Positions 17,807 to 28,673 are shown, numbered from the stretch's first letter. The stretch is 64,000 bases of DNA from Clostridia bacterium (GCA_030154225.1 JASKKI010000004.1:2710-66709); one strand, 5' to 3'. Notes: generated by a model not told the origin, from the letters alone. Numbers and translations: made by a program.

Positions 17807-19510
17807 TTAATTTGCACTGGATGTTTGACCTTTCTTAGGCCTAATTTCAAGGTCTGATTTATAACCCATGTAACCACCACTAATATTATAAACTTCCTTG
17901 AAGCCTAATTCTTTTAAGATTTTTGTACCTAAATATGAGCGATAACCTACTTTACAATAAAGTGCAGTCTTTTTATTCGGATCTAATTCTTTATACCGCA
18001 TCCTCAATTCATCAATGGGAATCAGAATAGCTCCGGGAATAAAACCCTCTTCATTGTATTCTTTTGGTGTTCTAACATCTACAACCTGCCAGTCATCCTC
18101 AATCACCTTATTTATAGCCTTCTTAATAGTTTCCGGTGTAACTAGGTTAATTTCACCCCGTAAAATATTGGCCGCAACAAACCCAGCAATAATAACGGGA
18201 TCTTTGGCCGAAGAATATGGTGGAGCATAGGCCAGATCAAGATTTTCTAAATCCTCCACTGTCATTTTAGCATAAATAGCTGTAGCTAAAACATCTATTC
18301 TTTTATCTACACCCTGCCAGCCGACAATTTGTGCTCCTAAAATACGTCCCGAATGTTCTTCCACAACCAGTTTTGTTAATAAATGTCTGGCTCCGGGGTA
18401 ATAACCGGCATGGTCTAAAGATGGTGTATATGAAACAAAATAGGCAAACCCTTGTTCTTTTGCTTCCCTTTCACCAATTCCTGTTTTAGCTGCTGTCAGT
18501 TCACCTACTTTAACTATCGATGTCCCTAAAACACCTTTAAAATATTTATGCCCCCCCACTACATTGGCACCAATTATTCTACCTTGTTTATTAGCAGGAC
18601 CTGCCAGGGGAATTCTAACCTTTTTCCCCGTTACCAGATGAACGGTTTCGATAATATCTCCACCTACATAAATATCAGGGTCGCTACTCTTAAGAGTTGC
18701 ATCAACTACTACTCCTCCTGCCTGTCCAACTTTTAATCCTGCATTTTTGACTAATTCCAATTGCGGTCTTGCTCCTATGGCCATAATTACTAAATCTGTA
18801 TTTACTATTTCTCCACTTTCTAAAACAACTCCAATTACCTTTGTGTTTCCGCTAAATTCTTTTACTCCATTACCTAAAATTACCGTCGCTCCTAAATTTT
18901 CTAAATGCAGTGCCAACGGAATAGCCATCTCTTCATCCAAATAGGGTAATAACTGGTTAGTTTTTTCTATTATTGTTACCTGCTTACCCCGTTTTAAAAA
19001 TGCCTCAGCAGCCTCCAAACCTATATATCCCCCACCAACTATTACAACTTTTTCAACATCATTTTGAGTCAGTGCTTTTTCAATTGCATCAACATCAGAA
19101 ACTGTAAATAAAGTGAATATGTTCTCCAGGGTTATGCCGGGAATTGCGGGTTTTATAGGGGTACCTCCTGTAGCTACCACCAATTTGTCATAACTATCTT
19201 GAAAAGTATCACCGGTAGCTAGATTTTTTATTTCCACAGTTTTTTCTTTTCTATTTATTTTTATTACTTCATGTTTTACTTTAACTAAAACTTTATATCT
19301 TTCATAAAAGAATTCCGGTGTCATTAAAAATAATTGGTCTCTTTCTTTAATATCCCGGCCTATGTAGTATGGAAGTCCACAATTAGCAAAAGAAACATAG
19401 GGCCCCTTCTCATAAATTACAATCTCAGCCTGCTCATCGTCCCGTCGGGCTTTAGCCGCTGCCGAGGCACCAGCAGCAACCCCACCAATAATTATTATTT
19501 TTTTACCCAT
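17807..19510 (-). CDS. CoA-disulfide reductase / NADH oxidase family flavoprotein fused to a C-terminal rhodanese domain
   Basis: GGVAAGASAA FAD motif, redox Cys in SFANCGLPYYIG, second Rossmann VVIVGGGYIGLE, and a C-terminal rhodanese domain with LYCKVGYRS. Confidence 0.85.
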   Translation of the reverse strand: MGKKIIIIGGVAAGASAAAKARRDDEQAEIVIYEKGPYVSFANCGLPYYIGRDIKERDQLFLMTPEFFYERYKVLVKVKHEVIKINRKEKTVEIKNLATGDTFQDSYDKLVVATGGTPIKPAIPGITLENIFTLFTVSDVDAIEKALTQNDVEKVVIVGGGYIGLEAAEAFLKRGKQVTIIEKTNQLLPYLDEEMAIPLALHLENLGATVILGNGVKEFSGNTKVIGVVLESGEIVNTDLVIMAIGARPQLELVKNAGLKVGQAGGVVVDATLKSSDPDIYVGGDIIETVHLVTGKKVRIPLAGPANKQGRIIGANVVGGHKYFKGVLGTSIVKVGELTAAKTGIGEREAKEQGFAYFVSYTPSLDHAGYYPGARHLLTKLVVEEHSGRILGAQIVGWQGVDKRIDVLATAIYAKMTVEDLENLDLAYAPPYSSAKDPVIIAGFVAANILRGEINLVTPETIKKAINKVIEDDWQVVDVRTPKEYNEEGFIPGAILIPIDELRMRYKELDPNKKTALYCKVGYRSYLGTKILKELGFKEVYNISGGYMGYKSDLEIRPKKGQTSSAN

Positions 19511-19627
19511 GTTTTTAACCTCCTTTGATCTAATTATAGTATTTCTTAAATATTAAATTTTTTTCCTCCCTAAAACATAATAAATATGGTCTGTGAATAT
19601 ATTAAACTCTAAAAGGGGGTAAATAAA

Positions 19628-19825
19628 ATGGAAAAAAAATTAGAAAATATTTATAAAGAGGAGTATGTAAGAACCAAAGCTAGGTATGACTTCGAAAAAA
19701 ATCTCGCTATCCAACAAAATTCAAAGAAAAATTCTCGAAAACAATATTATCAAGCCCTATTTTATATTCTCCTTGGTAGTGCGGGTATTTATATCCTTTA
19801 TGCAATTTATCAAGACTTTGTTTAA
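19628..19825 (+). CDS. hypothetical small membrane protein
   Basis: 65 aa, SD AAGGGGG upstream, C-terminal TM. An overlapping 113-aa ORF in another frame is less convincing. Confidence 0.35.
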   Translation: MEKKLENIYKEEYVRTKARYDFEKNLAIQQNSKKNSRKQYYQALFYILLGSAGIYILYAIYQDFV

Positions 19826-19896
19826 TCAGGGATTAAATCCAAAATTCGTCATAATATGCTATAATTTACTTAACATTAACATTATGGAGGTAAATT

Positions 19897-22497
19897 ATGA
19901 CTTTTCGGGGGAATATTTTTATTTTGCTATTTTTAATTTCTTATTTGACTTTATTTGCCAATATTGGACAAGCCGAACCTCATTTGGTAAATGTTTACAT
20001 AAACCAAACCTTAGAATACAGCCCTAACCCGGTCTATTTAACAGCAACAGCACTTTACAGTGATGGTTCTGTTAAAGATGTTACCAACTCCGGAACCTGG
20101 AAAACTTCAAACCCTTCCATAGCTTCTGTTTATAGAGGTAAAATAGAATTTGGCAGTAATACAGGAAATGTTACCATAACTTTTACATATGGTGGTTATG
20201 AAGCTTCCATAGGAACTGAAGTTGTGGACATCACTGATCTTGAGATTACTACCAAAAACATTAAATACAGTACCCAGCCAGTACAACTAAAGGCTCAAGG
20301 CAGGTATAACAATGGAGAACTAGAGGAAATAAAGGACCATATTACCTGGTATTCAACCAATACAGATGTGGCAACAGTTGATAACAATGGCCTGGTAACT
20401 TTTAGAGGAAATAGTGGTGTGGTAAGAATCGGGGTTATCTTTACCAGTCCTCTTACCCAGCAGACTATTAATGATGAAATTACCGTTACAGTTACTGAAG
20501 AAGATGTAAAGAAAGATGAGGAACCAGAGGAAACCAAAGCCTTTACTGTTAAAATCGAAGGTGAACTTGACCCTACCAAAAATACCAATTCCTTAAAAGC
20601 TTATAAATTATACATTGATGACACTAAAAAAACGTTAAGTAACAATCTTGTTGAATGGTCCAGCTCTAATCCCGGGGTAGCCGAGGTAGATGCTCAAGGT
20701 AAGGTTACGTTTACCGGTAAACCGGGTAATGTAACCATAACTGTAAAATATGGAAGCTACACTGATTCTAAATCTGCATTTGTACCTTATAAAACAGAAG
20801 AATTAATAATAAATGAAAGCTTGAATTTTACACCTTATTTTTTAAATAATCCACCTAGACTTACAGTTACCGGTAAAGATAACAGCGGTCAAAGTCAATT
20901 GGTTTATGGTGTAGCATGGTCATCTAGTAATGAAGATATCGCAACTATAGATAATAGGGGTCAAATCACCTTTACAGGTAAACCAGGTTCCGTTACCTTT
21001 ACAGCCACTAAAGATGGTAAAAATGCCAGCATTACAACTACTGTGCCCAAAACAGATGCCAAAACTTTAAAAAATGTCTATCTGGCTAAAAGCCTTTTTT
21101 ACAGTACCCAACCCTGGGAATTAAAAGCTTTTGCCCTTTATAGTGATGGTTCTCTCCAAGAAGTAACTAAGGATTGCCAGTGGACTTCAAGTAATGAAAA
21201 AGCTGCAACTGTACATAATGGTATAGTATATTTTTCCGGTTTCCCCGGAACTGTGGAAATAGTTACTAGTTATCAGGGTTTTTCCGATAGGGATAAAATT
21301 TTAATAAATGTCCCGGGAAAACAAAAAAAATTAGCAGCTATAAAATTTGCAGATCATCATCTTACCTATCTGGATAACGGCAAAGTTTTAAAAGTCTATG
21401 GTATATATTCAGATAACTCTCTTAAAGAGCTAAAAAATGTGAAATTCTATAGTTTTCATCCTAATATAGTCAAAGTAAAGGGTAATAAGCTACAATTTTC
21501 AGGTCTTCCGGGAAAAGCAACCATTGAAGCTGTAGCAGGAAATTTTCGGGATACTCTGGAGGTCGAAGTAATTAAACCCGCCGGTGAAAATTTACCATTA
21601 TACCTTAGGTTAATTGGTAATTTGGACAGTTTCCAAAAAACCAAAGAAATAAAAGCAATGGCTGTCTATCCTGACGGTAAGCAGGTGGATGTTACACAAG
21701 AAGCGGTATGGAATACAACAAACACTACTATTGCTAAAATCCTGGAAAAAGGTAAGATTGAGTTAGTGGGAAATGGACCGGTTCGGATTAGTGCCTCATT
21801 TCAAAATTTAAATACCTTTTTATCAAACAAAGCTTACTATCAATTTGGTAAAATTAATCCAATAAAATCTGATATTATTCCCTTAACGGAAATAAAGAAC
21901 AAAATCCAAGAAAAATTAGCCCGCAATATAAACTTACCTTTACCACAAGATATTTACGGACATTGGGCCCAAAAGGACCTGGAAATGGCCCGCAAGCTAG
22001 GCTGGTTAGGTGGATATCCCGATGGGACTATGCGGCCGGATAATCCTATAGGCAGGGGAGAATTTGCTTCACTTCTGGAAAGGGCACTATATTTAAAAAC
22101 ATCTAGTCGTTATGTAAAATACACCGATACCGAAAACCATTGGGCCCGTGAAAGTATTGAAATAATAGCTAATTTGGGGATAGTTCCCATTGACCCCAAT
22201 AGAAAATTCAGACCAAATGACCCTATAACAAGAGAAGAAATCGCTCAAATAATAGCTAATCTGATCCAAGTTAGAGCAGATACCTATTATACATTTATTG
22301 ATGTACCACCTCAATATAATGTAGCTACTGCTATTGCTAATGTTACTCAGGCCGGTTTAATCTCAGGTATGGATAGTTTACATTTTAATCCTAAGGACAG
22401 GGCAACTCGGGCCCAGGCACTGGCAATTTTACTTCGCTTATTAAAAACCGATCCAGAGTTGGAAGGAATATTAAATAGAGCAAGTAGTACTTATTAG
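19897..22497 (+). CDS. cell-envelope protein with about 7 bacterial Ig-like (Big_2-like) repeats and C-terminal SLH domains
   Basis: Signal peptide. Recurrent W-x-[ST]-[ST]-N-x-x-[IV]A-x-[VI] motif seen 7 times (WKTSNPSIASV, WYSTNTDVATV, WSSSNPGVAEV, WSSSNEDIATI, WTSSNEKAATV, FYSFHPNIVKV, WNTTNTTIAKI). The C-terminus has SLH-like segments (HWAQKDLEMARKLGWLGGYPDGTMRPDNPIGRGEFA, HWARESIEIIANLGI...FRPNDPITREEIA). Confidence 0.8.
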   Translation: MTFRGNIFILLFLISYLTLFANIGQAEPHLVNVYINQTLEYSPNPVYLTATALYSDGSVKDVTNSGTWKTSNPSIASVYRGKIEFGSNTGNVTITFTYGGYEASIGTEVVDITDLEITTKNIKYSTQPVQLKAQGRYNNGELEEIKDHITWYSTNTDVATVDNNGLVTFRGNSGVVRIGVIFTSPLTQQTINDEITVTVTEEDVKKDEEPEETKAFTVKIEGELDPTKNTNSLKAYKLYIDDTKKTLSNNLVEWSSSNPGVAEVDAQGKVTFTGKPGNVTITVKYGSYTDSKSAFVPYKTEELIINESLNFTPYFLNNPPRLTVTGKDNSGQSQLVYGVAWSSSNEDIATIDNRGQITFTGKPGSVTFTATKDGKNASITTTVPKTDAKTLKNVYLAKSLFYSTQPWELKAFALYSDGSLQEVTKDCQWTSSNEKAATVHNGIVYFSGFPGTVEIVTSYQGFSDRDKILINVPGKQKKLAAIKFADHHLTYLDNGKVLKVYGIYSDNSLKELKNVKFYSFHPNIVKVKGNKLQFSGLPGKATIEAVAGNFRDTLEVEVIKPAGENLPLYLRLIGNLDSFQKTKEIKAMAVYPDGKQVDVTQEAVWNTTNTTIAKILEKGKIELVGNGPVRISASFQNLNTFLSNKAYYQFGKINPIKSDIIPLTEIKNKIQEKLARNINLPLPQDIYGHWAQKDLEMARKLGWLGGYPDGTMRPDNPIGRGEFASLLERALYLKTSSRYVKYTDTENHWARESIEIIANLGIVPIDPNRKFRPNDPITREEIAQIIANLIQVRADTYYTFIDVPPQYNVATAIANVTQAGLISGMDSLHFNPKDRATRAQALAILLRLLKTDPELEGILNRASSTY

Positions 22498-22516
22498 TAC
22501 TACTTGCTCTATTTGT
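22478..22516 (+). terminator. terminator hairpin overlapping the stop codon
   Basis: GAGCAAGTAGTACT / AGTACTACTTGCTC 14-bp stem with a TATT loop, followed by TATTTGTG. Confidence 0.6.
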
Positions 22517-22555
22517 GAGAAAACTTATCCATAATTCTATTCCGTCCGTTAAACA

Positions 22556-24292
22556 CTAAACACTGGATTCGTATCCTTTCTTTCTCTTATTAAAGTAATC
22601 CCTAACTTCCTGAACCGTCATTGTATTGAATACATCATCTTTTGCCAGCCAACCCTTCCGGGCCATTTTGATTCCAAATATAGTATCATAAAGCTCTTCT
22701 TTACGATGGGCATCTGGATTTATACTGATCTTTACCCCCATCTCCTTGGCATATTTTAAGTAGCGCCAATCTATATCTAATCGGTAAGGACTGGCATTTA
22801 ATTCAATGATAATATTATTTTCTTTAGCAGCCTTGATCACCTTTTCCATATCTGGCTCATAACCCTTACGCCCTAAAAGAATACGGCCGGTAGGGTGACC
22901 TAACATTGTAACATACGGGTTTTCCATAGCCGTTATCAACCTCTGGGTCGCTCGTTCTCCACTTATATTAAATCCGGAATGAACTGATGCTATCACAAAG
23001 TCAAACAGAGCCAATATTTCATCACGATAATCTAAACTGCCATCAGCATGAATATCAGCTTCAATACCATGAAAAACATAGAAATCCTGATGCTGTGAAT
23101 TAATATTTTGTATTTCTTCCCTCTGCCTTTTTATAGCCTCAATCTTCAAACCACCAGCATAAACAGCCGTCTGGCTGTGGTCGGAAATGCCCAGGTATTT
23201 AAATCCCGCTTGTTTAGCTTCCAGCACTAATTCTTCTAAATTATTAATGCCGTCACTGAAATTGGTATGAATATGAAAAATACCCTGGATGTCTTCGAGA
23301 TTGACAAGATTAGGAAGCTGACCTTTTTCAGCAATCTCTATCTCCCCCATATTTTCTCGTAGTTCAGGAGGAATATATTGCAATCCTAAAACCTGAAAAA
23401 ATTCTTCTTCACTATTCACAATGATTCTTTTCTCACCTTTAAATAAACCGTACTCATTTATTTTTATGCCTAGATTTTTAGCCTGGTATCGCATGGTAGT
23501 ATTATGTTCTTTACTACCTGTAAAGTGATGGAGAGCAGAATAAAACTCATCAGGTGCCACTACCCGTAAATCTACATTTATCCCAGTATCTAAAATCACC
23601 GAAGTTTTTGTTTCCCCTTTAGAAATAACTTCAGCTACTTGAGGTAGGTGAATAAAATATTCCATTACCTGACCTGGTTTTTCTGAAGAAGCGAGTAAAT
23701 CTATATCTTTAATAACCTCTTTAAAACGTCTTAAGCTTCCAGCTATACTGGCCTCATTTATTTCCTGACATTCCTTAAGCTTTGCCAATATTTTTTCTGC
23801 CTGGGAATATACATCCCGGTAAATAAACTGACCTTGAAATTTCTTAATATGCTCAATACCTTTTAAGATGTTTTCCTGGGATTTAGGACCAAAACCCTTT
23901 AAATCTAATAATCTATTTTCATGACATGCATATTCAAGTTCAGCTATAGTGGAAATACTTAGTGTTTCATACAGTTTAAACACTTTTTTTGGACCTAGTC
24001 CCGGGATTTTAAGCATTTCCAATAATCCTTCAGGTACACTACTTTTTAATTCATGATAATATTTTAAATCTCCGGTAGTAACCAATTCAGTAATGTTTTC
24101 GACCAGGGTTTTGCCAATACCCTTTACTTCTTCAATTTTACCTGTCTTAACCAATTGCTTAATATCTTCATTCAACATTTCAATAGCACGGGCTCCATTC
24201 TGGTAAGCCCTAACCTTAAATTGATTTTCCCCTTTTAATTCTAATAGAACTCCTATTTCATGTAAAATCTGGGCGATTATTTTTTTATCCAC
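22556..24292 (-). CDS. polX: DNA polymerase/3'-5' exonuclease PolX (Pol X core + PHP domain)
   Basis: 578 aa. HhH motifs (GIGKTL, GLGPKK), a Pol-beta-like core, and a C-terminal PHP domain beginning FHIHTNFSDG. Confidence 0.9.
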   Translation of the reverse strand: MDKKIIAQILHEIGVLLELKGENQFKVRAYQNGARAIEMLNEDIKQLVKTGKIEEVKGIGKTLVENITELVTTGDLKYYHELKSSVPEGLLEMLKIPGLGPKKVFKLYETLSISTIAELEYACHENRLLDLKGFGPKSQENILKGIEHIKKFQGQFIYRDVYSQAEKILAKLKECQEINEASIAGSLRRFKEVIKDIDLLASSEKPGQVMEYFIHLPQVAEVISKGETKTSVILDTGINVDLRVVAPDEFYSALHHFTGSKEHNTTMRYQAKNLGIKINEYGLFKGEKRIIVNSEEEFFQVLGLQYIPPELRENMGEIEIAEKGQLPNLVNLEDIQGIFHIHTNFSDGINNLEELVLEAKQAGFKYLGISDHSQTAVYAGGLKIEAIKRQREEIQNINSQHQDFYVFHGIEADIHADGSLDYRDEILALFDFVIASVHSGFNISGERATQRLITAMENPYVTMLGHPTGRILLGRKGYEPDMEKVIKAAKENNIIIELNASPYRLDIDWRYLKYAKEMGVKISINPDAHRKEELYDTIFGIKMARKGWLAKDDVFNTMTVQEVRDYFNKRKKGYESSV

Positions 24293-24480
24293 TCTTACAC
24301 TCCCTCAAAAAAACATTTTATAATTAGAATTTATATAACCGAATATAAAGTATATTAAACATAATCGACAATTAACATTTTTTTATCTAATCATTATTAA
24401 TATCTTTTCGTCAAAGTTAACAGGAATAAAATTAAAAATAGCGAAATATCTAATTAAATCGGATAAAGAGGAGTGGTTAA

Positions 24481-24921
24481 GTGTTTAGAAAAATTCTTTT
24501 CCCTACCAGTGGTTCTCCCATTTCAGAAAAAATAGCTAAAACCATTGTTAATCTGTTAAGTGATACCAATGGTGCTGAAATTACAATTTTATATGTTTTG
24601 GAAGTTACACCTTTTCATAGGAGTGTTTCTTATCAATTAGAAGATAAAGGTATTGACCCTTCCAAAATAGCTTTAGAGGATGTAAAAGAAATTTTAGAAA
24701 AAGCTACTAAAGTATTTAATGAGTATAATATACCATACAACATCAGGGTTGAATTTGGTGAGCCCGTAGAAATGATTTTAAAAATTGCCAAGGAGACTAA
24801 TAGTGATTTAATGGTTGTCGGTTTCCATGGGCAAAGCTCATTAAGTGACTATTTATTTAAAGGTAATATAACTACTGAATTAATAAATAAGACCACCTGT
24901 CCCATAATGGTCGTGAAATAA
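24481..24921 (+). CDS. universal stress protein (UspA family)
   Basis: 146 aa, GTG start after GAGGAG. C-terminal VVGFHGQSSL...PIMVV motif. Confidence 0.85.
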   Translation: MFRKILFPTSGSPISEKIAKTIVNLLSDTNGAEITILYVLEVTPFHRSVSYQLEDKGIDPSKIALEDVKEILEKATKVFNEYNIPYNIRVEFGEPVEMILKIAKETNSDLMVVGFHGQSSLSDYLFKGNITTELINKTTCPIMVVK

Positions 24922-25123
24922 GAAAAACCGAGCACAAGCTCGGTAAGACTATTAACAAAATATTAATACAAAAACAAAACATTGGCGAGTTAAAATAAAA
25001 AGAACGCAAGAGGCTCTAAGACTAGAATTTGGGGAGTTTTGATAATTCCTTAGAGCCTTGAGTTCATTCTAAATTTGTTTGAGTCTGTGTAGTTTTGATA
25101 AAGATATGGGATTTTTCTAATCT

Positions 25124-25975
25124 TTAATCTTTTCGAGGATGATTTTGTTCTTTTGTAATAAATCCATATAATTCAGGTCGCCTATATTCTAAATAAAAAC
25201 TACTACGCATTGATTTTCTTTTTTCATAACGAATTTTATTAATTTGGTCTTTTGGTAAATCCACTACAAGTAAACTTTCTTTATTTGAAAAATCTTCACC
25301 AATTACCTGCCCCTTGGGGTCAATGACCAAACATCCTCCACAAAAATTTGAACCTATTCCATTCTCCCCAATTAAATTACAACTGGCAATAAAGATAGAG
25401 TTATCATAGGCCCGTGCCGTCAAGTACCTTAACCATATTTCTTTACGGTCACCTACTATAGTTGGTGAAGCATGGGGAGCAAAAATTACCTCGGCACCTT
25501 TTAAGGAATAAATTGTAGATACTTCAGGAAAATGCAAATCCCAGCAAATTTGGATGGCAAAATTTGCTTTGGGTGATTTAAAGACAGGTAAATCATTACC
25601 TGCTGAAAAATACGGTGCTTCACTTTCCCCTAAATGACTTTTTCTATATTTATAGAAACTGCCGTCTGGTAAACATATTAATTGGGATATATAAGGTTTA
25701 TTAGATAGTGATTTTTCTATTATCCCGGCAAGTATAGTTATTCTTTTTTCTCTGGCCAGGTTAACTAAATAATTAGAACTTGGTCCCGGGATATCTTCCG
25801 CAAGCTCATTGGCCCGTTCCCTAGTATACCCTTGAACAGCCAGTTCAGGAAAACAGATTATATCCACATTCTTCCCATTAGCATCCATCACCAGCTCTTT
25901 AATTTTAGTAATGTTTTTTTCAGTTTCACCCACAACAGATTGCATTTGTACCAAAGCAACCCGAAGATTTTCCAT
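25124..25975 (-). CDS. carbon-nitrogen hydrolase (nitrilase superfamily)
   Basis: 283 aa. Has the FPE catalytic Glu region (ICFPELAV), a K in YRKSHL, and CWD (ICWDLHFPE) carrying the catalytic Cys. Confidence 0.85.
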   Translation of the reverse strand: MENLRVALVQMQSVVGETEKNITKIKELVMDANGKNVDIICFPELAVQGYTRERANELAEDIPGPSSNYLVNLAREKRITILAGIIEKSLSNKPYISQLICLPDGSFYKYRKSHLGESEAPYFSAGNDLPVFKSPKANFAIQICWDLHFPEVSTIYSLKGAEVIFAPHASPTIVGDRKEIWLRYLTARAYDNSIFIASCNLIGENGIGSNFCGGCLVIDPKGQVIGEDFSNKESLLVVDLPKDQINKIRYEKRKSMRSSFYLEYRRPELYGFITKEQNHPRKD

Positions 25976-25999
25976 TTAGTCTCACCTCAATAAACTTGA

Positions 26000-26024
26000 G
26001 AAGAAAAACCTGCATCGCAGGTTT
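26000..26024 (-). terminator. intrinsic terminator after the nitroreductase gene
   Basis: AAACCTGC-ATC-GCAGGTTT hairpin with a T-rich tail on the minus strand. Confidence 0.7.
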
Positions 26025-26080
26025 TGTTAGTACGATTCTTTAAAATTAACATTCTTTCACTCTTTCACTTACCCACTATG

Positions 26081-26656
26081 TTATCCAATTATTAAATCTT
26101 TAAGTGCTCTTTTAGGTACATGATGTACCTGATTTTCGTCTCTCCAGTATTTTATGTCACCATCTGGACCAACTTCATCTATAACTACCTCTTCTTTTGG
26201 TTTACCAATGGCCACAATTAAAAGAATATCATATTTCTCTTCTGATATATTTAGTAATTCCATTAATTCTTTTTTCTTAAAAATACCAATCATACAGCCA
26301 CCTAACCCCTGTTCAGTGGCTCCCAACAAAATTGTTTGGGCAGCAATACCGAAATCAACCCTAGGATTCATCATTCCTATTTCTTTATCTTCCAGGATAA
26401 TAATATATCCAGAAGGTCGTTCTCCTTCCTCAGGCCCTGGCCAATCTTTTAAATAACCTGCCCAAAAAGTATTGGGAAAAATTTTTGCATTCATTTCCGG
26501 TTCACAGGATATAAAAAATTTTAAAGCTTGCTTGTTTCCGCCACTGGGAGAAAGCCTGGCCAGATCAACTAGTTCTTCTAATGTCTCCCTTTCAATTACT
26601 ACATTCTCATAAAACCTGCGGTAACTTCTATTCTTCTTAACAATTTCTTTTAACAA
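26081..26656 (-). CDS. nitroreductase-family protein
   Basis: 191 aa with N-terminal RRSYRRF and SPSGGNKQ motifs. Confidence 0.85.
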   Translation of the reverse strand: MLKEIVKKNRSYRRFYENVVIERETLEELVDLARLSPSGGNKQALKFFISCEPEMNAKIFPNTFWAGYLKDWPGPEEGERPSGYIIILEDKEIGMMNPRVDFGIAAQTILLGATEQGLGGCMIGIFKKKELMELLNISEEKYDILLIVAIGKPKEEVVIDEVGPDGDIKYWRDENQVHHVPKRALKDLIIG

Positions 26657-26871
26657 GTAGATAACCTCCTTAAAATATATGAATACTTAGATTTTCTTCA
26701 TCTTACAAATAATTTCCTTCTTTATTATTACCAAATTATATTTCAAAAAAATGCCTATGCCGACCTTTCATCAATTATTGGCCAGTGGCTAGTTGTTAAC
26801 AAGTATCTTATATTTTGCTTTTAAATAGGATAACTAGTATTATATAATTAAACAGTTTATGGAGGTGTATT

Positions 26872-28659
26872 ATGGAAGGTCAAAAAAAGAAATACACTTG
26901 GGATCTCTCCCATATGTATAAAGATATTAAGGACTGGTACATGGATGTAGAAGAAGCTAAAAAACTCTCACAAAAAATCATTTCGCAAAAAGGTATTGTA
27001 ACTAATTCTGCTAAAAATTTATTAACCACGTTAACCCTTAATGATGAGTTATCCATTAAACTAACAAGCCTTTATGTTTATGCTAAAATGTATTTTGATC
27101 AGGATATGAGTAATGCCCAAGCCAAAGAACTATTTGAAATTATCGATGCCTTACACACAAAAATTCAGGACCAACTTGCTTTTTTAGAACCTGAACTTTT
27201 GCAAATAGATGTTAAAACATTGGAAAAATATGTGAAAATACAACCTGAATTATCTACATATAATCATATGTTTGAAAAGTTATTTCAAAGGAAAGAACAT
27301 ATTTTTACAGCAGAAATAGAAGAAATCCTTACTAAAATGAATTCTTTAGGGGGTTCATTTGAAAAAGTTTATGATGATATGACTGTTAATGATATAGAAT
27401 ATCCTGAAGTTATAGGTTCCAATGAAAATGATATCATCATTGCCAATAATTCTAACTACTACAAGGCTCTCAACAACCAGGATAGAACCTTGCGAAAAAA
27501 CTATTTCCAAGGTTTACTTGGTACATATGGAAAATATATTAATACTATTACCTCATCTTATTACGGTTCGGTAAAACATGACGTTTTCTTAGCAAAAACC
27601 CGTAAATATAAATCATCCCGCCAGATGGCTTTACAGGAAAACTTTATTCCGGAAGAAGTATATGATAACCTAATAACTACTGTTAGGGAGAACGTTAAAA
27701 CTTTACACGAATATCTAGACTTTAGGAAAAAGGTATTAAACTTAGACGAAATACATTTTTATGATTTGTTTGTACCTATTGTTAAAGATATCGATAAAAC
27801 ATATACCTATGAAGAAGCACAACAATTGGTTTTAGAAGCTACCTCTGTTTTAGGAAGTGATTATACAGATATCTTAAAGGAAGCTTTTAACCATAACTGG
27901 ATAGATGTTTATCCAGCTAAAAACAAAGTTTCCGGAGCTTATGCTATCCAGGCTTATGGTTATCATCCCTACTCTCTTTTAAACTTTACGGGAACATTGG
28001 GAGATGTATTTACCATTGCCCATGAATTAGGTCATGTCATGCATAGTTATTATAGTTCCAAAACCCAACCTTACATCAACTCTGATTACACAATATTTAC
28101 TGCTGAAGTAGCTTCGACAGTTAATGAACAGCTACTATATAACTATTTATTAAACAAGTCGTCTTCCCCAGAACAAAAAGCACTATTACTTAGCAATCAT
28201 TTGGACAATATTCGTTCAACTCTTTACAGACAAACTTTGTTTGCCGATTTTGAAAGTCAAGCTCACCAGATGGTTGAAGAGGAAAAACCTTTATTACCGG
28301 AAGTTTTATGTAATCTTCATCAAGAATTATATGAAATATATCATGGCCCAGAATTTGTAATTGATCCTGAATTAAAATATGAGTGGGCACGTATCCCCCA
28401 TTTTTATAGATCATTTTATGTTTACCAGTATGCTACAGGAGTTTCGGCAGCCATTAGTATTACCTCTAAGATTTTCAATGAAGGTAATGCTGCTGTTAAA
28501 AAATACCGTGAGTTTTTAACTAAAGGTGGTTCGGATTATTCAATAAACCTGTTAAAAATTGCCGGTGTAGATATGAGGTCCCCTGCTCCTATCCTGGATG
28601 CCATCAATAATTTCAAAATTACTCTGGAAGAGTTAAAAAATATTATAAGACCGGCTTAA
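26872..28659 (+). CDS. pepF: oligoendopeptidase F (M3B)
   Basis: 595 aa. HELGH zinc motif with a downstream E, and a typical PepF N-terminus (WDLSHMY). Confidence 0.9.
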   Translation: MEGQKKKYTWDLSHMYKDIKDWYMDVEEAKKLSQKIISQKGIVTNSAKNLLTTLTLNDELSIKLTSLYVYAKMYFDQDMSNAQAKELFEIIDALHTKIQDQLAFLEPELLQIDVKTLEKYVKIQPELSTYNHMFEKLFQRKEHIFTAEIEEILTKMNSLGGSFEKVYDDMTVNDIEYPEVIGSNENDIIIANNSNYYKALNNQDRTLRKNYFQGLLGTYGKYINTITSSYYGSVKHDVFLAKTRKYKSSRQMALQENFIPEEVYDNLITTVRENVKTLHEYLDFRKKVLNLDEIHFYDLFVPIVKDIDKTYTYEEAQQLVLEATSVLGSDYTDILKEAFNHNWIDVYPAKNKVSGAYAIQAYGYHPYSLLNFTGTLGDVFTIAHELGHVMHSYYSSKTQPYINSDYTIFTAEVASTVNEQLLYNYLLNKSSSPEQKALLLSNHLDNIRSTLYRQTLFADFESQAHQMVEEEKPLLPEVLCNLHQELYEIYHGPEFVIDPELKYEWARIPHFYRSFYVYQYATGVSAAISITSKIFNEGNAAVKKYREFLTKGGSDYSINLLKIAGVDMRSPAPILDAINNFKITLEELKNIIRPA

Positions 28660-28673
28660 TAAGCCGGTCTTTT
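28647..28673. terminator. bidirectional terminator between convergent genes
   Basis: AAGACCGGCTT-AAT-AAGCCGGTCTT perfect 11-bp stem overlapping the pepF stop. Confidence 0.8.

Noticed and set aside
20000-21700. Repetitive DNA inside the SLH gene, considered as a CRISPR-like or tandem-repeat array.
   Set aside because: The repeats are about 260 bp long, diverged and in frame, and they correspond to protein Ig-like domains. There is no short repeat/spacer architecture.
25007-25060. Large-loop stem (GGCTCTAAG/CTTAGAGCC) with a nearby 11-nt direct repeat AGTTTTGATAA, considered as an sRNA or repeat element.
   Set aside because: On the minus strand it lies about 65 nt after the nitrilase-family stop and is followed by a T-rich tract, so a terminator is the simplest explanation. 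No other copy of the element occurs in the window.
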